DNA of 63,631 nt, filler included, from 21 parts of 21 records of this genome joined end to end with filler, not necessarily neighbours in it; one strand, 5' to 3'. Positions 11,780 through 23,882 are shown, numbered from the whole stretch's first letter. Notes: generated by a model not told the origin, from the sequence alone. Numbers and translations are program-made.

Positions 11780-13439
11780 CGGGAATTGGAAGTTTGCGAA
11801 TTCTGGTGTTTTAAGCGGTGCAAGATGAGCAGTTGGTGTTGTACTTGCACCAGAAGATGATACGAGTTCATTTCGCCCCGCGGAAGAAGACGACGATTCC
11901 TTGTGAGAAGGAATTGAAATCGAAAGGTCTTTCGCTTTACGGCGCTCTGAGAGTTTTTTCGTGCGCGTTGGTTTTGTAGATTCGTATTTCTAAAAACAAA
12001 CAAATAATTTTTAGGAAAATTTTTCGAAAGGTCACTCATGAGATTCTATTTCGTAAGTGAGCAAAAACAGAATAAAAAATCAAAAATTTTGATTCCTCTG
12101 TATGACGCATTTTTTTCGTGTAAATTTTATTTTATTTTTTTCAGAATGTCGCTTACAAAAGCCCAAAATTAGCGCGTATTTATATGTAATGAGAGCGTGG
12201 ATTAGATTTACATTTCTATGGTACTACACAAAATACAGAAAATCTAAAAACAAAACGTCATGAAAGTAAATCGGACTCAAAGTGTTTACGTAGTGGATGG
12301 GAAACGAAAAAAATATGTATAATTATACCTCTTTTGATTTTGGTGAAAGTTTCACAAATCTTCCGTTGACCCGTTTCCTCATATCAGCAAACTTTTTTCT
12401 TGCTTTGTATACGACACCTTTCCAACCTCTAAAAATAAACAAGAAATACCAAAAATATATTAAGAATAGAAAAAGTATTTCCTCTCTCAATGTGTTTTCT
12501 AAAAAAATAGTTTTTTCGTTACGTGGAATCGCAAAATTCACAAAACTGCAAACATTCCCTGTAATGATGTTGCAATGATCTATAACGGCTTTGAGAAAGA
12601 TAATTTTTTACATTTTGAGAAAAAACAATCTGATGAAATGTAGAACTTTGGAAATTAGTATCGGGCTTGAATGTTTTTTTTAAAATGTATATACATACAT
12701 AATTATGTGTTTTCATATGTGTTATATTTTTGTAAAATTTAAGGAGATTTTGAACGAACATGGGGCCACATGTGCTGTTATATCTCCCAATGCTTATTTG
12801 TTTTTTGTATTTAACAGAGATTTCCTCTTGGTGTGTCACATCTCAATCTGCGTTTTTCTTTTTACTTTTGAAACGAAGGTTGAAAAAGTGTATTTTTTTA
12901 ATGAAATCATGGCGAAAAAAAAGTAGATTCCGAAAGTTTTTTTTCAGAGTATGTGTCACAAGCTGAAATTCGGTTATGTGGTATTAAAATTATAGTGAAA
13001 AAAATAAATTTTTTAACAATTCGTATTTTCACACTCGCGCATCATACCTTGCCTCAGCACGCCTTTTCTTTTCCCGCCATCGTCCAATTCGCAACTGTCT
13101 TTCATAATAAGTATATTTTCCCTTTCGCTTTGTTTGCCCCAAAGGAATAAATTCAAAAGCTGGTGTTGCCGCTACTACCGACTGCTGGTGATGTTTTGGC
13201 GAAGATTTTATCATTTTTCTTTGACTTTTTTGTGCTAATTCGTGTTGACTCGGCGCTAAGTAAGATCGTGGAGTCCCTGGGGCACTTAAACTTGAGCCAA
13301 GGTACATCGCAGCGAGTTGACCACGTGGACTGATATTTTGTGCGAGAATTGAAGGATGATCGGCGTATGGTGGTGAAATTTGGTCGAAATTGTTGTTAGG
13401 TGGGAAGATTGCTGTTAATGGTGGGACTCCTTTTTTCGC
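11780..13439 (-). CDS. Spliced eukaryotic CCT-domain protein, partial (exons 13439-13048, 12428-12329, 11989-11780)
   Basis: GT-AG introns with consistent phases. Joined exons read GKYTYYERQLRIGRWREKKRRAEAR-GWKGVVYKARKKFADMRKRVNGRFVK, matching the CCT motif (R..R..EK...Y..RK..AD.R.R..GRF). Confidence 0.8.
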
Positions 13440-14430
13440 CTAAAATATGAGGAAAAAAATGCGGGAAATTAATAATATTCTTTGATTCTATTATAATTTT
13501 TTTAAATAATTATGTGTTTTCCATTAAAAAAGTAAAAAATGCATTTTTTCGTTATTTTCTCGTTGGATATTACGTTTGTTTCGAAACGTGAGACCCTATC
13601 GATGTTGTTTGTGAGGTTCACCTCAAAGAAACTTTATGTTAATGTGCTAAAAAATGAAGTCTCACCACATGAAAAAAAATGTCAAAAAAATGTTTTTACG
13701 AATGTCGTAGAAAAAATGAAGAAATAGAATATGAAATTTCTCACCAATCCAAACGCACCAAGAGAAGTTGAAAACACACAATTTTTGGCATTAAATTCTA
13801 TCACCCCACTGAACATGAGGTTAGAAAAATTTCATCACAGATTTTGTTTCACACCCAAAACAGAATTTTTCATCCAAAAGGAAAGGACTTTTCCACGTCC
13901 TAAAAGTTTTATCAACACGTGAGAAATTTCGTTTGGGTATTCANNNNNNNNNNNNNNNNNNNNNNNNNNNNNNNNNNNNNNNNNNNNTTAATTAATTAAN
14001 NNNNNNNNNNNNNNNNNNNNNNNNNNNNNNNNNNNNNNNNNNNCATACCTCCCAAACGAAAATTTTCATGTTTCATTTGGTTGGTAGTCTCTTTTGTAGG
14101 TCTCAAATTTTCTAAAAAGTAAAAATAAAAATGAGCATTTTTTCCATGTGCTCACACTAATAAAACAATAAAGGGTTTTCTAGTCCTTTAATCTTCATTA
14201 TTCTGGTACATAAGCAAATATCTCCTTGACGGAAAATTCATCATAACAAATTCTTACAAATATTTTGGAAATACAATAAATTACTACACTTTGAGCACCT
14301 ATATTTTGTCAGGTCTCATTTGGTTTTCAGGGCTCACTGAGTTTTGGTCAGTACCCAAAAAGGAAGACATTGGTTTCGCTTTTTTTTGAAAAAAAAATAG
14401 TTGAGTACGAAAGAAATTCATTGCGCTTAC

Positions 14431-15200
14431 CACTTTTTGGGTGAATGTTTCGAGAATATCACTACTCAGCTTTATTATCAGACCGCCATAGTTGCAAATG
14501 ACCACTGTCGCTGGATCGTTATTTGCCTAAATAAACAATACATACTCCGTGTGTAACAACAATAACAATTTTGGTATTTTTCACAAACTTATTACCACGC
14601 TTTCTCATCATCGACAAAAATGAAAATACAACAAATTCTAAAAAAAAGTTGAGTTATATGTCATTTTACTTTTTATGCGCTTCGTGTTTTGTTTTTTTAA
14701 TACATAATAAACATAGAAAAACCAAAAGATCCCATAAAGGAGAAATGCTTCGTTTTGTCCTTAAATATGAAAGTTTGTGTGTAATGACATCCCATTATGA
14801 AAGTACCGTACCTACAAAGTGATTTATACAATGTAAAACAAAAGTTTGGTTATTGGCTTAAATTAGAATAGTTTAGTCATATTTGAATCATCAAAAATTG
14901 TAAAATTTCAAACCACAAGAAACAATGGGCCCGAAATACCCGCATATATTCATAAACAACCGTCTTACACGTCCCCGAGATCTCTGTGTAATTTTACAAC
15001 ACCAAACTCTAGATCAGAAAGTAAATTGAGCTTTTCATGTAAATACAACATTCCGACCGCAATATGTTGAAACTTTCGTAATGGTGCACACATACAAATA
15101 TGTAGCGTTGAAGAGACAATAAAAGTTTGAGTGTTGGAGAGAGGATTGGAGAATTGCCGTCTGATTTTTCTTCAAGTTCGGATAGTTCGTCATTTTTCGC
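14431..15200 (-). CDS. Two phase-0 exons of an unknown eukaryotic gene (15200-15096 and 14526-14431)
   Basis: TTTAG|...|GTATGT and TTTAG|...|GTAAGC bound open exons of 35 and 32 codons: AKNDELSELEEKSDGNSPILSPTLKLLLSLQRYIF-ANNDPATVVICNYGGLIIKLSSDILETFTQKV. Confidence 0.45.
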
Positions 15201-16252
15201 CTAAACATTCAAACACGAAAATAATTTAGTGTCACTTATTTCAAAAAACAAATGCTAATCGAGATGTGAGTTTTCATAGTCATAGTAGTATATTTATTTG
15301 TTGTGTTTTAAGCATAACTCATGTGTACAATAGGTATCCAAATGATTTTGCTTCCATACAACACATAAACAAATACCTGAAGCGTTTATTTTTAGTATTT
15401 CATCGAAATGATTTTTTTTCTTACAACCAAAAGTTGTCAGAAATACATTCTTATGTGACATTAGACACACAAACTTTTAATTTCTATTCATTCTACAATG
15501 TCGTTAAGCTTCAAAAGCGTCAAAAGTGCACCAAACACTCGTCTTTCATTAATTTTGGCATATGGGATCGAACCTTTTCTGTTCAAAAAAACATTAGCAT
15601 AAAAACCCTTTGAAACAAATAAAACCCAATATATTTTTCAAAAACTCCAAAGCAACACATAAGTCTCTTATTTTAGTGTCTTGCATGTATTATAGGTGGT
15701 GTTGCAGAACCTGTTTTTTGTAAACCGTCCAAATATAAGTAATCATCAGTTCTGCAAATGTATATACAAAAGGTGTTTATAACTTCTGAATTTCGGTTCT
15801 AAGGATACAATTTTTCTAAAAAACATGTTATCTTGCTGCTATTCGTGTATACTTGTCTGATTCATAAACAGATATAGACTGCGTACACATATGCTTTTTA
15901 CATTTCAAACTTTCACCACTACTCCACTTCTTTTGTGAAAAATACAACTCGATGAAAAATACGAAATTGTATTAAACGATGAAAAATACAAAATGTTGTA
16001 TTAAACGATGAAATTTGTAGACTGCGTTTTGTATGTTCACTCCTCGCGGATTTCAAGAGAATAACCAAACATTGACACATATCCATTTGGTGGATGTGAT
16101 TTTGGAAGGGGCGGAATGATGTTATCATTTTCAAAGTTTTTCATGAAAAATANNNNNNNNNNNNNNNNNNNNNNNNNNNNNNNNNNNNNNNNNNNNTTAA
16201 TTAATTAANNNNNNNNNNNNNNNNNNNNNNNNNNNNNNNNNNNNNNNNNNNN

Positions 16253-16667
16253 CCTTTCCGTGAAAAACAGCACTATAAACATCCTCTGCAAACAAAGTAG
16301 CTACTTGATGGTTAGAATGATCGAAGATGATTCCGTAAAAAACAGAATCGATAATATTTCCTAAAGCTCCTGCAAAAATTAATGAAATCGAAACAATTAA
16401 TAAAGCGTGTGCTTTATTCTTTATCAAAGAGGTTAACCAGTAACCAATTCCCACAATCACTCCTAATCTAAAAAGGGTTAAAAAAAGTTTTCCTGTTTTT
16501 CCTCCAATTTCAGCACCCCAAGCAGCACCATTATTTTCAATAAAGTGAATGCGAAACCAATCAAAAATATAAATTTCTTCACCCAACATCAAGTTCGTTT
16601 TGATCCAAATTTTACTTATTTGATCTATAGTGAGTATCACTAAAATGATAAGGATTGCTTTTTTCAA
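16253..16667 (-). CDS. lspA: Lipoprotein signal peptidase II, 3' truncated
   Basis: Motifs IDQISKIWI, ENNGAAWG and AGALGNIIDS. Located downstream of ileS-dksA, as is usual in Bacteroidetes. Confidence 0.93.
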
Positions 16668-16813
16668 AATAATAAGGAGGGGTTCAAAGTAACAAAGGTT
16701 TAAAGTCAGAAATACGAAAAAAATTAAGAGAATGGAGTATATAGGTGAGATTCACCGTTTTTAGGAAGAACAAATCTTATGATGATTTAAGACTGCTCAC
16801 TCAATTCTCAATT

Positions 16814-17194
16814 TTAGGATTGTTGTTTTTTAGCTTCAATGCTAAGAGTCGCATGTGGAACCAACTTTAAACGTTCTTTTTGAATCAATTTTCCAGTGGC
16901 TCTACAGATTCCATACGTTTTGTTTTCAATACGCAAAAGGGCATTATTTAAATCACGTATAAACTTTTCTTGTCGAATAGCCAATTGCACATTGGCTTCT
17001 TTAGCCATCGTTTCTGCACCTTCTTCAAAGGCTTTAAACGTTGGAGAAGTGTCATCTGTCCCGTTTGCACTATTATTTTTGTAAGCACTATTTAAAAGGG
17101 CTAAATCTTCTTGAGCTCTTGCAATTTTTTTATCTATAATTTCTTTAAATTCCTTTAAATCTGCTTCGTTATATTGTGTTTTAATACGCCCCAT
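16814..17194 (-). CDS. TraR/DksA-family transcription factor (Bacteroidetes type, single Cys)
   Basis: Coiled coil followed by ALLRIENKTYGICRATGKLIQKERLKLVPHATLS. Confidence 0.88.
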   Translation of the reverse strand: MGRIKTQYNEADLKEFKEIIDKKIARAQEDLALLNSAYKNNSANGTDDTSPTFKAFEEGAETMAKEANVQLAIRQEKFIRDLNNALLRIENKTYGICRATGKLIQKERLKLVPHATLSIEAKKQQS

Positions 17195-17198
17195 AAGG

Positions 17199-20100
17199 TT
17201 AAAATTTACAAATTAATAGTTTGCTTTTTATATCGTCAAATTCAATTTCAATACCTTCAGAAATGATTGTTGCAAACTCCAATATTTCTGTCAAGGTTTC
17301 TTTTTTAATGTAACTTTCGTTTTCCAAAACAGCTTCTTTTAAAATGGGATGCTCCTCAATAGATAATTTTATACGATCGGTTACTTCCAAGCCAGTATCC
17401 TTACGAATGTTTTGAATACGATTTATCAACTCTCTAGCAATTCCTTCCTTTCTTAATTCGTCAGTAATATGAATATCCAAAGCAACAGTTAAGTTTCTTT
17501 GATTAGCAACCAACCAACCTTCAATATCTTGTGAAGAAATTTCTACCTCATCAATCCCCAAATTTACAAATTTTCTATTGATTTCTAAAGAAATTTTTCC
17601 CTCTTTTTCAAGGGTGCTAATATCTTTTTGTGTAAAGTTTTGAACAGCAGTTCCTATAAAACGCATCTCTTTTCCGAATTTAGGACCTAATATCTTAAAA
17701 TTTGGTTTGATATTCTTTATTAAAATCTCAGAAGCATCATCTATCAATTCGATTTCTTTTACATTTACTTCAGAAATAATCAAGTCCTGAAGGGCTAAAA
17801 TATCTTCACGATCTCTTTTATCTAATACAGGGATCATGATTCGTTGTAAGGGTTGTCTGACTTTGATCCTTTCTTTTTTACGCAACGACAAAACCATGGA
17901 GGAAATTTGTTGTGCTTTCTGCATTTTACGTTCTAGAGATTCGTCAATCATTGTCTCATTACAAATAGGAAAATCTACCAAATGTACAGACTCTTCATGG
18001 ATTCCTTCCCTTGCATTTGTCAAATCTTTGTATAAGTTGTCCATAAAAAAAGGTGCAATGGGGGCTCCTAATTTGGCAACGGTTAACAGACAAGTATATA
18101 AAGTTTGGTAGGCAGAAATTTTATCCTGTTTGTATTCTCCTTTCCAAAAACGTCTTCTGCTCAAACGTACAAACCAGTTACTCAAGTTTTCAGAAACAAA
18201 ATCTTGAAGCATTCTTGCCGCTTTAGTAGGTTCATATTCTTCGTAGAATTTGTCCACGTTTTTTATCAACGTATTCAATTCAGATAAAATCCATCGGTCA
18301 ATTTCAGGTCTTTTATCAATGGGAATTTCAGTTTCAGCATTCCTAAAATTATCCAAGTTTGCATACAAAGAAAAGAAGGAATAGGTGTTGTAAAGAGTTC
18401 CAAAGAATTTTCTTCTTACCTCGTCAATTCCATCCAGGTCAAATTTTAGATTGTCCCAAGGGTTTGCATTGGAAATCATATACCAACGTGTGGCATCGGG
18501 TCCAAATTTATCGATCGTTTCAAAAGGATCAATTCCGTTTCCAAGACGTTTCGACATTTTTTTACCGTACTTGTCTAAGACCAATCCATTTGAAATGACA
18601 TTTTTATAAGCAACAGCATCAAATACCAGAGCGCTTATGGTGTGTAAAGTATAAAACCAACCTCGTGTTTGATCTATTCCTTCCGCAATAAAGTTGGCAG
18701 GGTAAAATTTGTTATGATCTATCAAATCTTTGTTTTCAAAAGGATAATGCCATTGTGCATAGGGCATTGATCCAGAATCAAACCAAACATCAATCAAATC
18801 AGGCTCTCGTTTCATCGGTTTTCCAGATGCAGAAACTAAGGTAATTTGATCCACGATATTTTTGTGTAAATCAATTTTTTCATAGTTTTCTTCGCTCATA
18901 TCACCTACAGTAAATTCTGCAAAAATATCTTCCGATTCAATTCCAGCATCGATTGCTTTTTGGATCTCCGCTTTTAGTTCTTCTACAGAACCTATCAAAA
19001 TTTCTTCTGTTCCATCTTCAGTTCTCCAAATGGGCAGTGGAATTCCCCAGTAACGAGAACGAGACAAGTTCCAATCATTGGCATTTTTCAACCAATTTCC
19101 AAAACGTCCTTCCCCTGTAGATTTTGGTTTCCAGTTGATGGTTTCGTTGAGTTCAAACATTCGGTTACGCTTGTCCGTTACCTTTACAAACCAAGAATCT
19201 AAAGGATAATACAATATGGGTTTGTCAGTTCTCCAACAATGTGGGTAACTATGCTTGTATTTTTCGACATGAAAGGCTTTGTTTTCTTCTTTTAGTTGGA
19301 TGGCAATTTCTACATCTACAGATCTTTCTGGAGCTTCTCCTTCGTTATAATATTCGTTCTTAACATATTTTCCTGCATAAGGTCCCATATGTTTTGTGAA
19401 TTTTCCCTGTAAGTCTACCAATGGAACGGGATTTTCATTTTCGTCCAAAACTAATAATGGAGGCACTTCCGGGCTTGCTTGTTTGGCAACCATAGCATCC
19501 TCTGCACCAAAAGTTGGAGCGGTATGTACAATGCCTGTACCGTCTTCTGTAGTTACAAAATCACCAACAATGACTCTAAAAGCATTTTCTGGATTTTGAT
19601 AAGGCAAGGCATAAGGTAACAATTGCTCAAATTTAGAACCCACCAATTCTGTACCTTTATAGACCTCTATTTGCAGGAAAGGAATTTTTTTATCATTTTC
19701 TTTATAAGTGGCTAAATCAACTTCTGTTTCTACAGCAAAGAATTTTTTACCCAATTGTTTTCCTACCAATGCTTTAGCTAGGATTACGATAATTGGTTTA
19801 AAAGTATATTGATTGAATGTTTTGATAACCACATAGTCTATTTTTCCACCAACAGTTAAGGCGGTGTTAGAAGGCAAAGTCCAGGGAGTTGTTGTCCACG
19901 CCAAAAAGTATACGTTCCCATTCCATTTTTGCAATCTTTCAGGTAAGGTATTTTTTACAGCTTTAAACTGTACAACAATGGTGGTATCTGTTACCTCTTG
20001 ATAAGCTCCTGGTTGATTGATTTCATGCGAACTCAATCCTGTTCCAGCTTTTGGAGAATAAGGTTGAATGGTATGTCCTTTGTAGAGTAACTTTTTTTTA

Positions 20101-20606
20101 TACAATTGCGATAGCAACCACCAAACACTTTCCATGTATTTTGGTTTGTAGGTTATATATGGATTTTCTAAATCTACCCAATAACCAATTCTCTCCGTAA
20201 GGTGGTTCCAAACATCGGTATATTTCATGACCGCTTTTTTACAAGCATCGTTGTATTCTTTAACGGAAATCTTTGTTCCAATAGCTTCTTTGGTAATTCC
20301 CATTTCTTTTTCTACGCCAAGTTCAACAGGCAAACCGTGGGTATCCCAACCTGCTCTACGTTCTACTTTAAAACCTTTCATGGTTTTGTAACGGGGAAAA
20401 ATATCTTTAAGAGTACGTCCAATTACATGATGAATTCCAGGCAGTCCGTTTGCTGAAGGTGGCCCTTCAAAAAATACATACGGTTCTTTCCCTTCTCTAC
20501 GGCGAATACTTTTTTGAAAGAGGTCATTTTCTTTCCAAAATTTTAGCGTTTCCTCGGCTATTTTTGTCAAATTTAGTCCTTTGTATTCTTTAAATTTTGC
20601 ACTCAT
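17199..20606 (-). CDS. ileS: Isoleucine--tRNA ligase (type 2 IleRS)
   Basis: 1135 aa with EGPPSANGLPGIHH, GWDTHGLP, WTTTPWTLP, GTGIVH, DQTRGWF and KMSKR. Confidence 0.98.
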   Translation of the reverse strand: MSAKFKEYKGLNLTKIAEETLKFWKENDLFQKSIRRREGKEPYVFFEGPPSANGLPGIHHVIGRTLKDIFPRYKTMKGFKVERRAGWDTHGLPVELGVEKEMGITKEAIGTKISVKEYNDACKKAVMKYTDVWNHLTERIGYWVDLENPYITYKPKYMESVWWLLSQLYKKKLLYKGHTIQPYSPKAGTGLSSHEINQPGAYQEVTDTTIVVQFKAVKNTLPERLQKWNGNVYFLAWTTTPWTLPSNTALTVGGKIDYVVIKTFNQYTFKPIIVILAKALVGKQLGKKFFAVETEVDLATYKENDKKIPFLQIEVYKGTELVGSKFEQLLPYALPYQNPENAFRVIVGDFVTTEDGTGIVHTAPTFGAEDAMVAKQASPEVPPLLVLDENENPVPLVDLQGKFTKHMGPYAGKYVKNEYYNEGEAPERSVDVEIAIQLKEENKAFHVEKYKHSYPHCWRTDKPILYYPLDSWFVKVTDKRNRMFELNETINWKPKSTGEGRFGNWLKNANDWNLSRSRYWGIPLPIWRTEDGTEEILIGSVEELKAEIQKAIDAGIESEDIFAEFTVGDMSEENYEKIDLHKNIVDQITLVSASGKPMKREPDLIDVWFDSGSMPYAQWHYPFENKDLIDHNKFYPANFIAEGIDQTRGWFYTLHTISALVFDAVAYKNVISNGLVLDKYGKKMSKRLGNGIDPFETIDKFGPDATRWYMISNANPWDNLKFDLDGIDEVRRKFFGTLYNTYSFFSLYANLDNFRNAETEIPIDKRPEIDRWILSELNTLIKNVDKFYEEYEPTKAARMLQDFVSENLSNWFVRLSRRRFWKGEYKQDKISAYQTLYTCLLTVAKLGAPIAPFFMDNLYKDLTNAREGIHEESVHLVDFPICNETMIDESLERKMQKAQQISSMVLSLRKKERIKVRQPLQRIMIPVLDKRDREDILALQDLIISEVNVKEIELIDDASEILIKNIKPNFKILGPKFGKEMRFIGTAVQNFTQKDISTLEKEGKISLEINRKFVNLGIDEVEISSQDIEGWLVANQRNLTVALDIHITDELRKEGIARELINRIQNIRKDTGLEVTDRIKLSIEEHPILKEAVLENESYIKKETLTEILEFATIISEGIEIEFDDIKSKLLICKF

Positions 20607-20672
20607 TTTACCCTGAATTCAATTGATTTGCGAAATTACATAAAATAGTTTGAATGTCTAAAAGTTTGAGGT

Positions 20673-20706
20673 TATACCCATCCCCTTAGAAACCTGAAAA
20701 TTAGGG
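20673..20706. repeat. Palindromic element, degenerate left arm upstream of ileS
   Basis: TATACCCATCCCCTTAGAAACCTGAAAATTAGGG compared with consensus TATACTCCGCCCAGTTAGAAACCCGAAAATTTTCGGG. Confidence 0.6.
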
Positions 20707-21580
20707 ATTGTAAGGTTTAAAAAATAGTTGTAAACTTGTGATGTNNNNNNNNNNNNNNNNNNNNNNNNNNNNNNNNNNNNNNNNNNNNTTAATTAATTAA
20801 NNNNNNNNNNNNNNNNNNNNNNNNNNNNNNNNNNNNNNNNNNNNCAAGAAGAAAAAAAACAGGTCAAACAAATTATTCATAAGTTGCCGAGTTTTTGTGT
20901 CTTCGCTAAAAAAATTGCCTTACAACAGCAAAAATACACGCGCGTGTGTTCTATGAAAAATCATGTGTTCTGTAACACGATTTTTCTAGAGTCTTTGTTT
21001 CACCACACGATTGATACTTTTTTTCAGAATTGTACTTTTTCCTCAATGGACTTTTATGTCTGATGAAAATATGTACTACATAATAATTATCCGAAAACTC
21101 ACTTGGTTTTGGACTTAGACATGAAGCTCTGTGCTAAAAAAAATATTCAATTTTGGTTGTGGAATGATACGTGTTCCTTAATTTGTAAATTTTGAATACA
21201 GTCAGATGTTTAAAATTAGTGTTTTCAAAAATCACATTAAACAGTGGAACAAAAAAGAGATATATTTTCCAAACTGTTTCAGGCCTTATTTTTTCCAGTG
21301 CAATCTTAGTTCAGGGGAGTTAAAACCTGAAAAATATGCGAAATCTGTGCACTTTGTAAAAAATCCCTTCAAACCATAAAATATTAACCCTGAAAAATCA
21401 AGTCACGATAAACCGACACTATTGGGTCTAAACAAATCTTTGGTAGGGAAAAATAAATGATAAATTTTCCAAAAACACAGAACCCACGTTTTGTGGGGAC
21501 AAAAAATTAAAAAAACATTGGTGCCTGAAAAAATCTGTGCAGTGAAAATGTCACAACCATGTAAAAATCTCTCAACTCAC

Positions 21581-21649
21581 CCGTTCATTTTCTGTCTGGA
21601 TTTGTGCATCGCTCTCGAGTACCATTTTCACAATTGAGTAAAAACCATT
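21581..21649 (-). CDS. Isolated eukaryotic exon encoding an ankyrin-repeat-like segment
   Basis: TTCTTGTGCAG|...|GTGAGT bounds 23 codons, NGFYSIVKMVLESDAQIQTENER, which resembles the ankyrin consensus NGH.EIVKLLLE.GA. Confidence 0.45.
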
Positions 21650-23174
21650 CTGCACAAGAAAGAACAATAAATCCTAATGACACGCACAAACACAAACATG
21701 TTTCATCTATGCTACAAACATAACTGTTTCCCCTTTGAACATTCACAGCGTAGGCAGTAAAAGCCCAAAAGCTGACAACAAAAAGTGAAAAATTGCAGGG
21801 GTGTGGTGGGTGGGGGAAGGCGTTGTCTTTCCAGCATTATTTTGGGAAAACTGGAGAAAAAAGACAAACACAAGAAAAAAAAGCGAAAATTCAGTCATAC
21901 AACTTGTCGTTTTAGAGAACGCACGCTGAGGTGTTCACAGTTAAAATACGCATACACAAAAAATGTTAATAACGAGAGAAATATCTTAAACATGCACGCT
22001 TTTTAGCGCGTGAGATTTCCCCAAAACTAGCCGAAAACTTATAGGTGAAAACCGACCCTTGTGAAAATGAGCTAAGCCACTCGTGCATTTCGCATGTCAA
22101 AAAGCTGGCTTTGTCTAATATTAAAAAGCTGTCTTTTTTATACAGTTGCCGTATTAATTTCGTGTACTCTTGAGGATTCTTATCAAGTTCATAATGGATG
22201 TGGCAAAAACTTCTGCTTGAAATCTTGCTTGGTGGTCACCCAGAATTTTTTAATTACTTTATTTTTATTTTTAAGTTCCCAAGGGAAATAAATTAATCTT
22301 GTTGTGAACTTAAAAATGTGAAATAAACTTGTTTCAACGCGCACACATGCGAGAACCTAAATTTAGAATACTAAAAACACGCTCATGAAAGTTACTTGCT
22401 TCAATCCACAACGTTTTTGTTAACGAAAAACGTCAAAAATATGTTCAGCGAAATTCTTCCAAGTTTTTATGTGGAAAACAGCAGGCATTTCTGAAAAAGG
22501 CCATTTTTCAAAAAACCCATGTCAAAGCTTCAAAATATTTCACATTCAGCTAAGGGATGAAAAAATAATAAAAACATCAAACTTGAACGCTTTAAGCAGC
22601 ATGAGTAAATACTCTTACATTATAACATTGTGAACGGCGTTGAATGCTTTTCACAAAGATATACTGTATATGTGTGGGTGTATTTGTTATATGAACGACA
22701 ATCGATTTTCCATTTTCCCGTATTTAGGGCATTCTAAATTTCCAAATATCCCCAACCCTACGATTTCTAGTCACGGAAAAAATAAAAATCCGTTGTCGAA
22801 TTTCTAGTCACGGAAAAAATTATATCTGGCTGTCATTTTTTAAATTTTAGCTTTCCATAGAAAGCGCTTGTGAGAACATAAATGTCAAAAATCGAATGGG
22901 AGGGACAATAACATAATATTTGGATATCTTATGTTTCTGTTCCCACAATTCTTGTGGTGTTTTGGCTGGAAATTTTGGCTGGAAATTTTGGCATGGTAGT
23001 GCAACTTTTTACAAAATGGAAAATTATTTTTTGGGGATTCCGGAATTTTGCCTGTTTGAAGCAAGTTAAAGTTTNNNNNNNNNNNNNNNNNNNNNNNNNN
23101 NNNNNNNNNNNNNNNNNNTTAATTAATTAANNNNNNNNNNNNNNNNNNNNNNNNNNNNNNNNNNNNNNNNNNNN

Positions 23175-23204
23175 ATTTTCGGGTTTCTAACCGGGCGAAG
23201 TATA
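23175..23204. repeat. Palindromic element, right arm at contig start
   Basis: ATTTTCGGGTTTCTAACCGGGCGAAGTATA ends 6 bp from the rloB-like stop codon. Confidence 0.85.
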
Positions 23205-23210
23205 CACAGT

Positions 23211-23876
23211 TTACGGGATACTACCTTTTATCAATTTTTCAACTATCTTATATACGTGAGAACCTAAGTTAGATGGAAAGTCTTCATTCATTGTATTAAG
23301 TTGTTTCCCTTGTTTAATAGCTAATTTGATAGTAGAGAGAAACCTTTCAGGTTTTGGGTTAGTCTTTTTGTAACCTTCAGGCAAAATGCTTCTAAGATAT
23401 TGATCTATATATCGTTTTGAATTTGAAACTTTCACATTCTTTAACAAAGCCGTTTTTTCTTCGGCAGTAATATCTGAGAAGTTCTTTATATGAAGTAATA
23501 GCCAAAATTCAAAACAAGGATTACTTCCAGCTACAAACATATTTCCTTCTTTATTGCATCGCTCAATGATTTGAGGAATACTTTTCCATTTATCTTTATC
23601 GATTATCATCCAAAGTTCGTCAGTTTTATTCAAATTGTATTTTTCCTTAACTTCCTTTTTTAATTTATTGAAAACATGATTAGGGGCACTGTTTGTATCA
23701 GATTTTGGTCTTGACAACAGGTGCAAATAAATTAATTCATCATTGAAAATAGAGAATGTCTTTAGCTCTTCGAAGTAAATTCTTTCCGTATCATTACCTT
23801 CAAAAGCTAGGGCAATTATTTTTCCTTTCTCTTCCGTTTTACTTTCTCTAAATATTTCTTGACGTTCCCTAGGCAT
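23211..23876 (-). CDS. RloB-family protein
   Basis: Motifs AFEGNDTERIYF, WMIIDKD and SNPCFEFWLLLH. Directly downstream of an AAA ATPase. Confidence 0.88.
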   Translation of the reverse strand: MPRERQEIFRESKTEEKGKIIALAFEGNDTERIYFEELKTFSIFNDELIYLHLLSRPKSDTNSAPNHVFNKLKKEVKEKYNLNKTDELWMIIDKDKWKSIPQIIERCNKEGNMFVAGSNPCFEFWLLLHIKNFSDITAEEKTALLKNVKVSNSKRYIDQYLRSILPEGYKKTNPKPERFLSTIKLAIKQGKQLNTMNEDFPSNLGSHVYKIVEKLIKGSIP

Positions 23877-23882
23877 AAATCC

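Noticed and set aside
4082-16152. Alternative genetic code explaining the lack of long ORFs
   Set aside because: Coding segments are explained by standard-code exons with GT-AG introns, so no stop reassignment is needed.
22763-22992. Short direct repeats (ATTTCTAGTCACGGAAAAAAT twice; TTTTGGCTGGAAA units), and a similar duplication near 15950-16010
   Set aside because: Only two or three units in eukaryotic non-coding DNA, consistent with ordinary local duplications.
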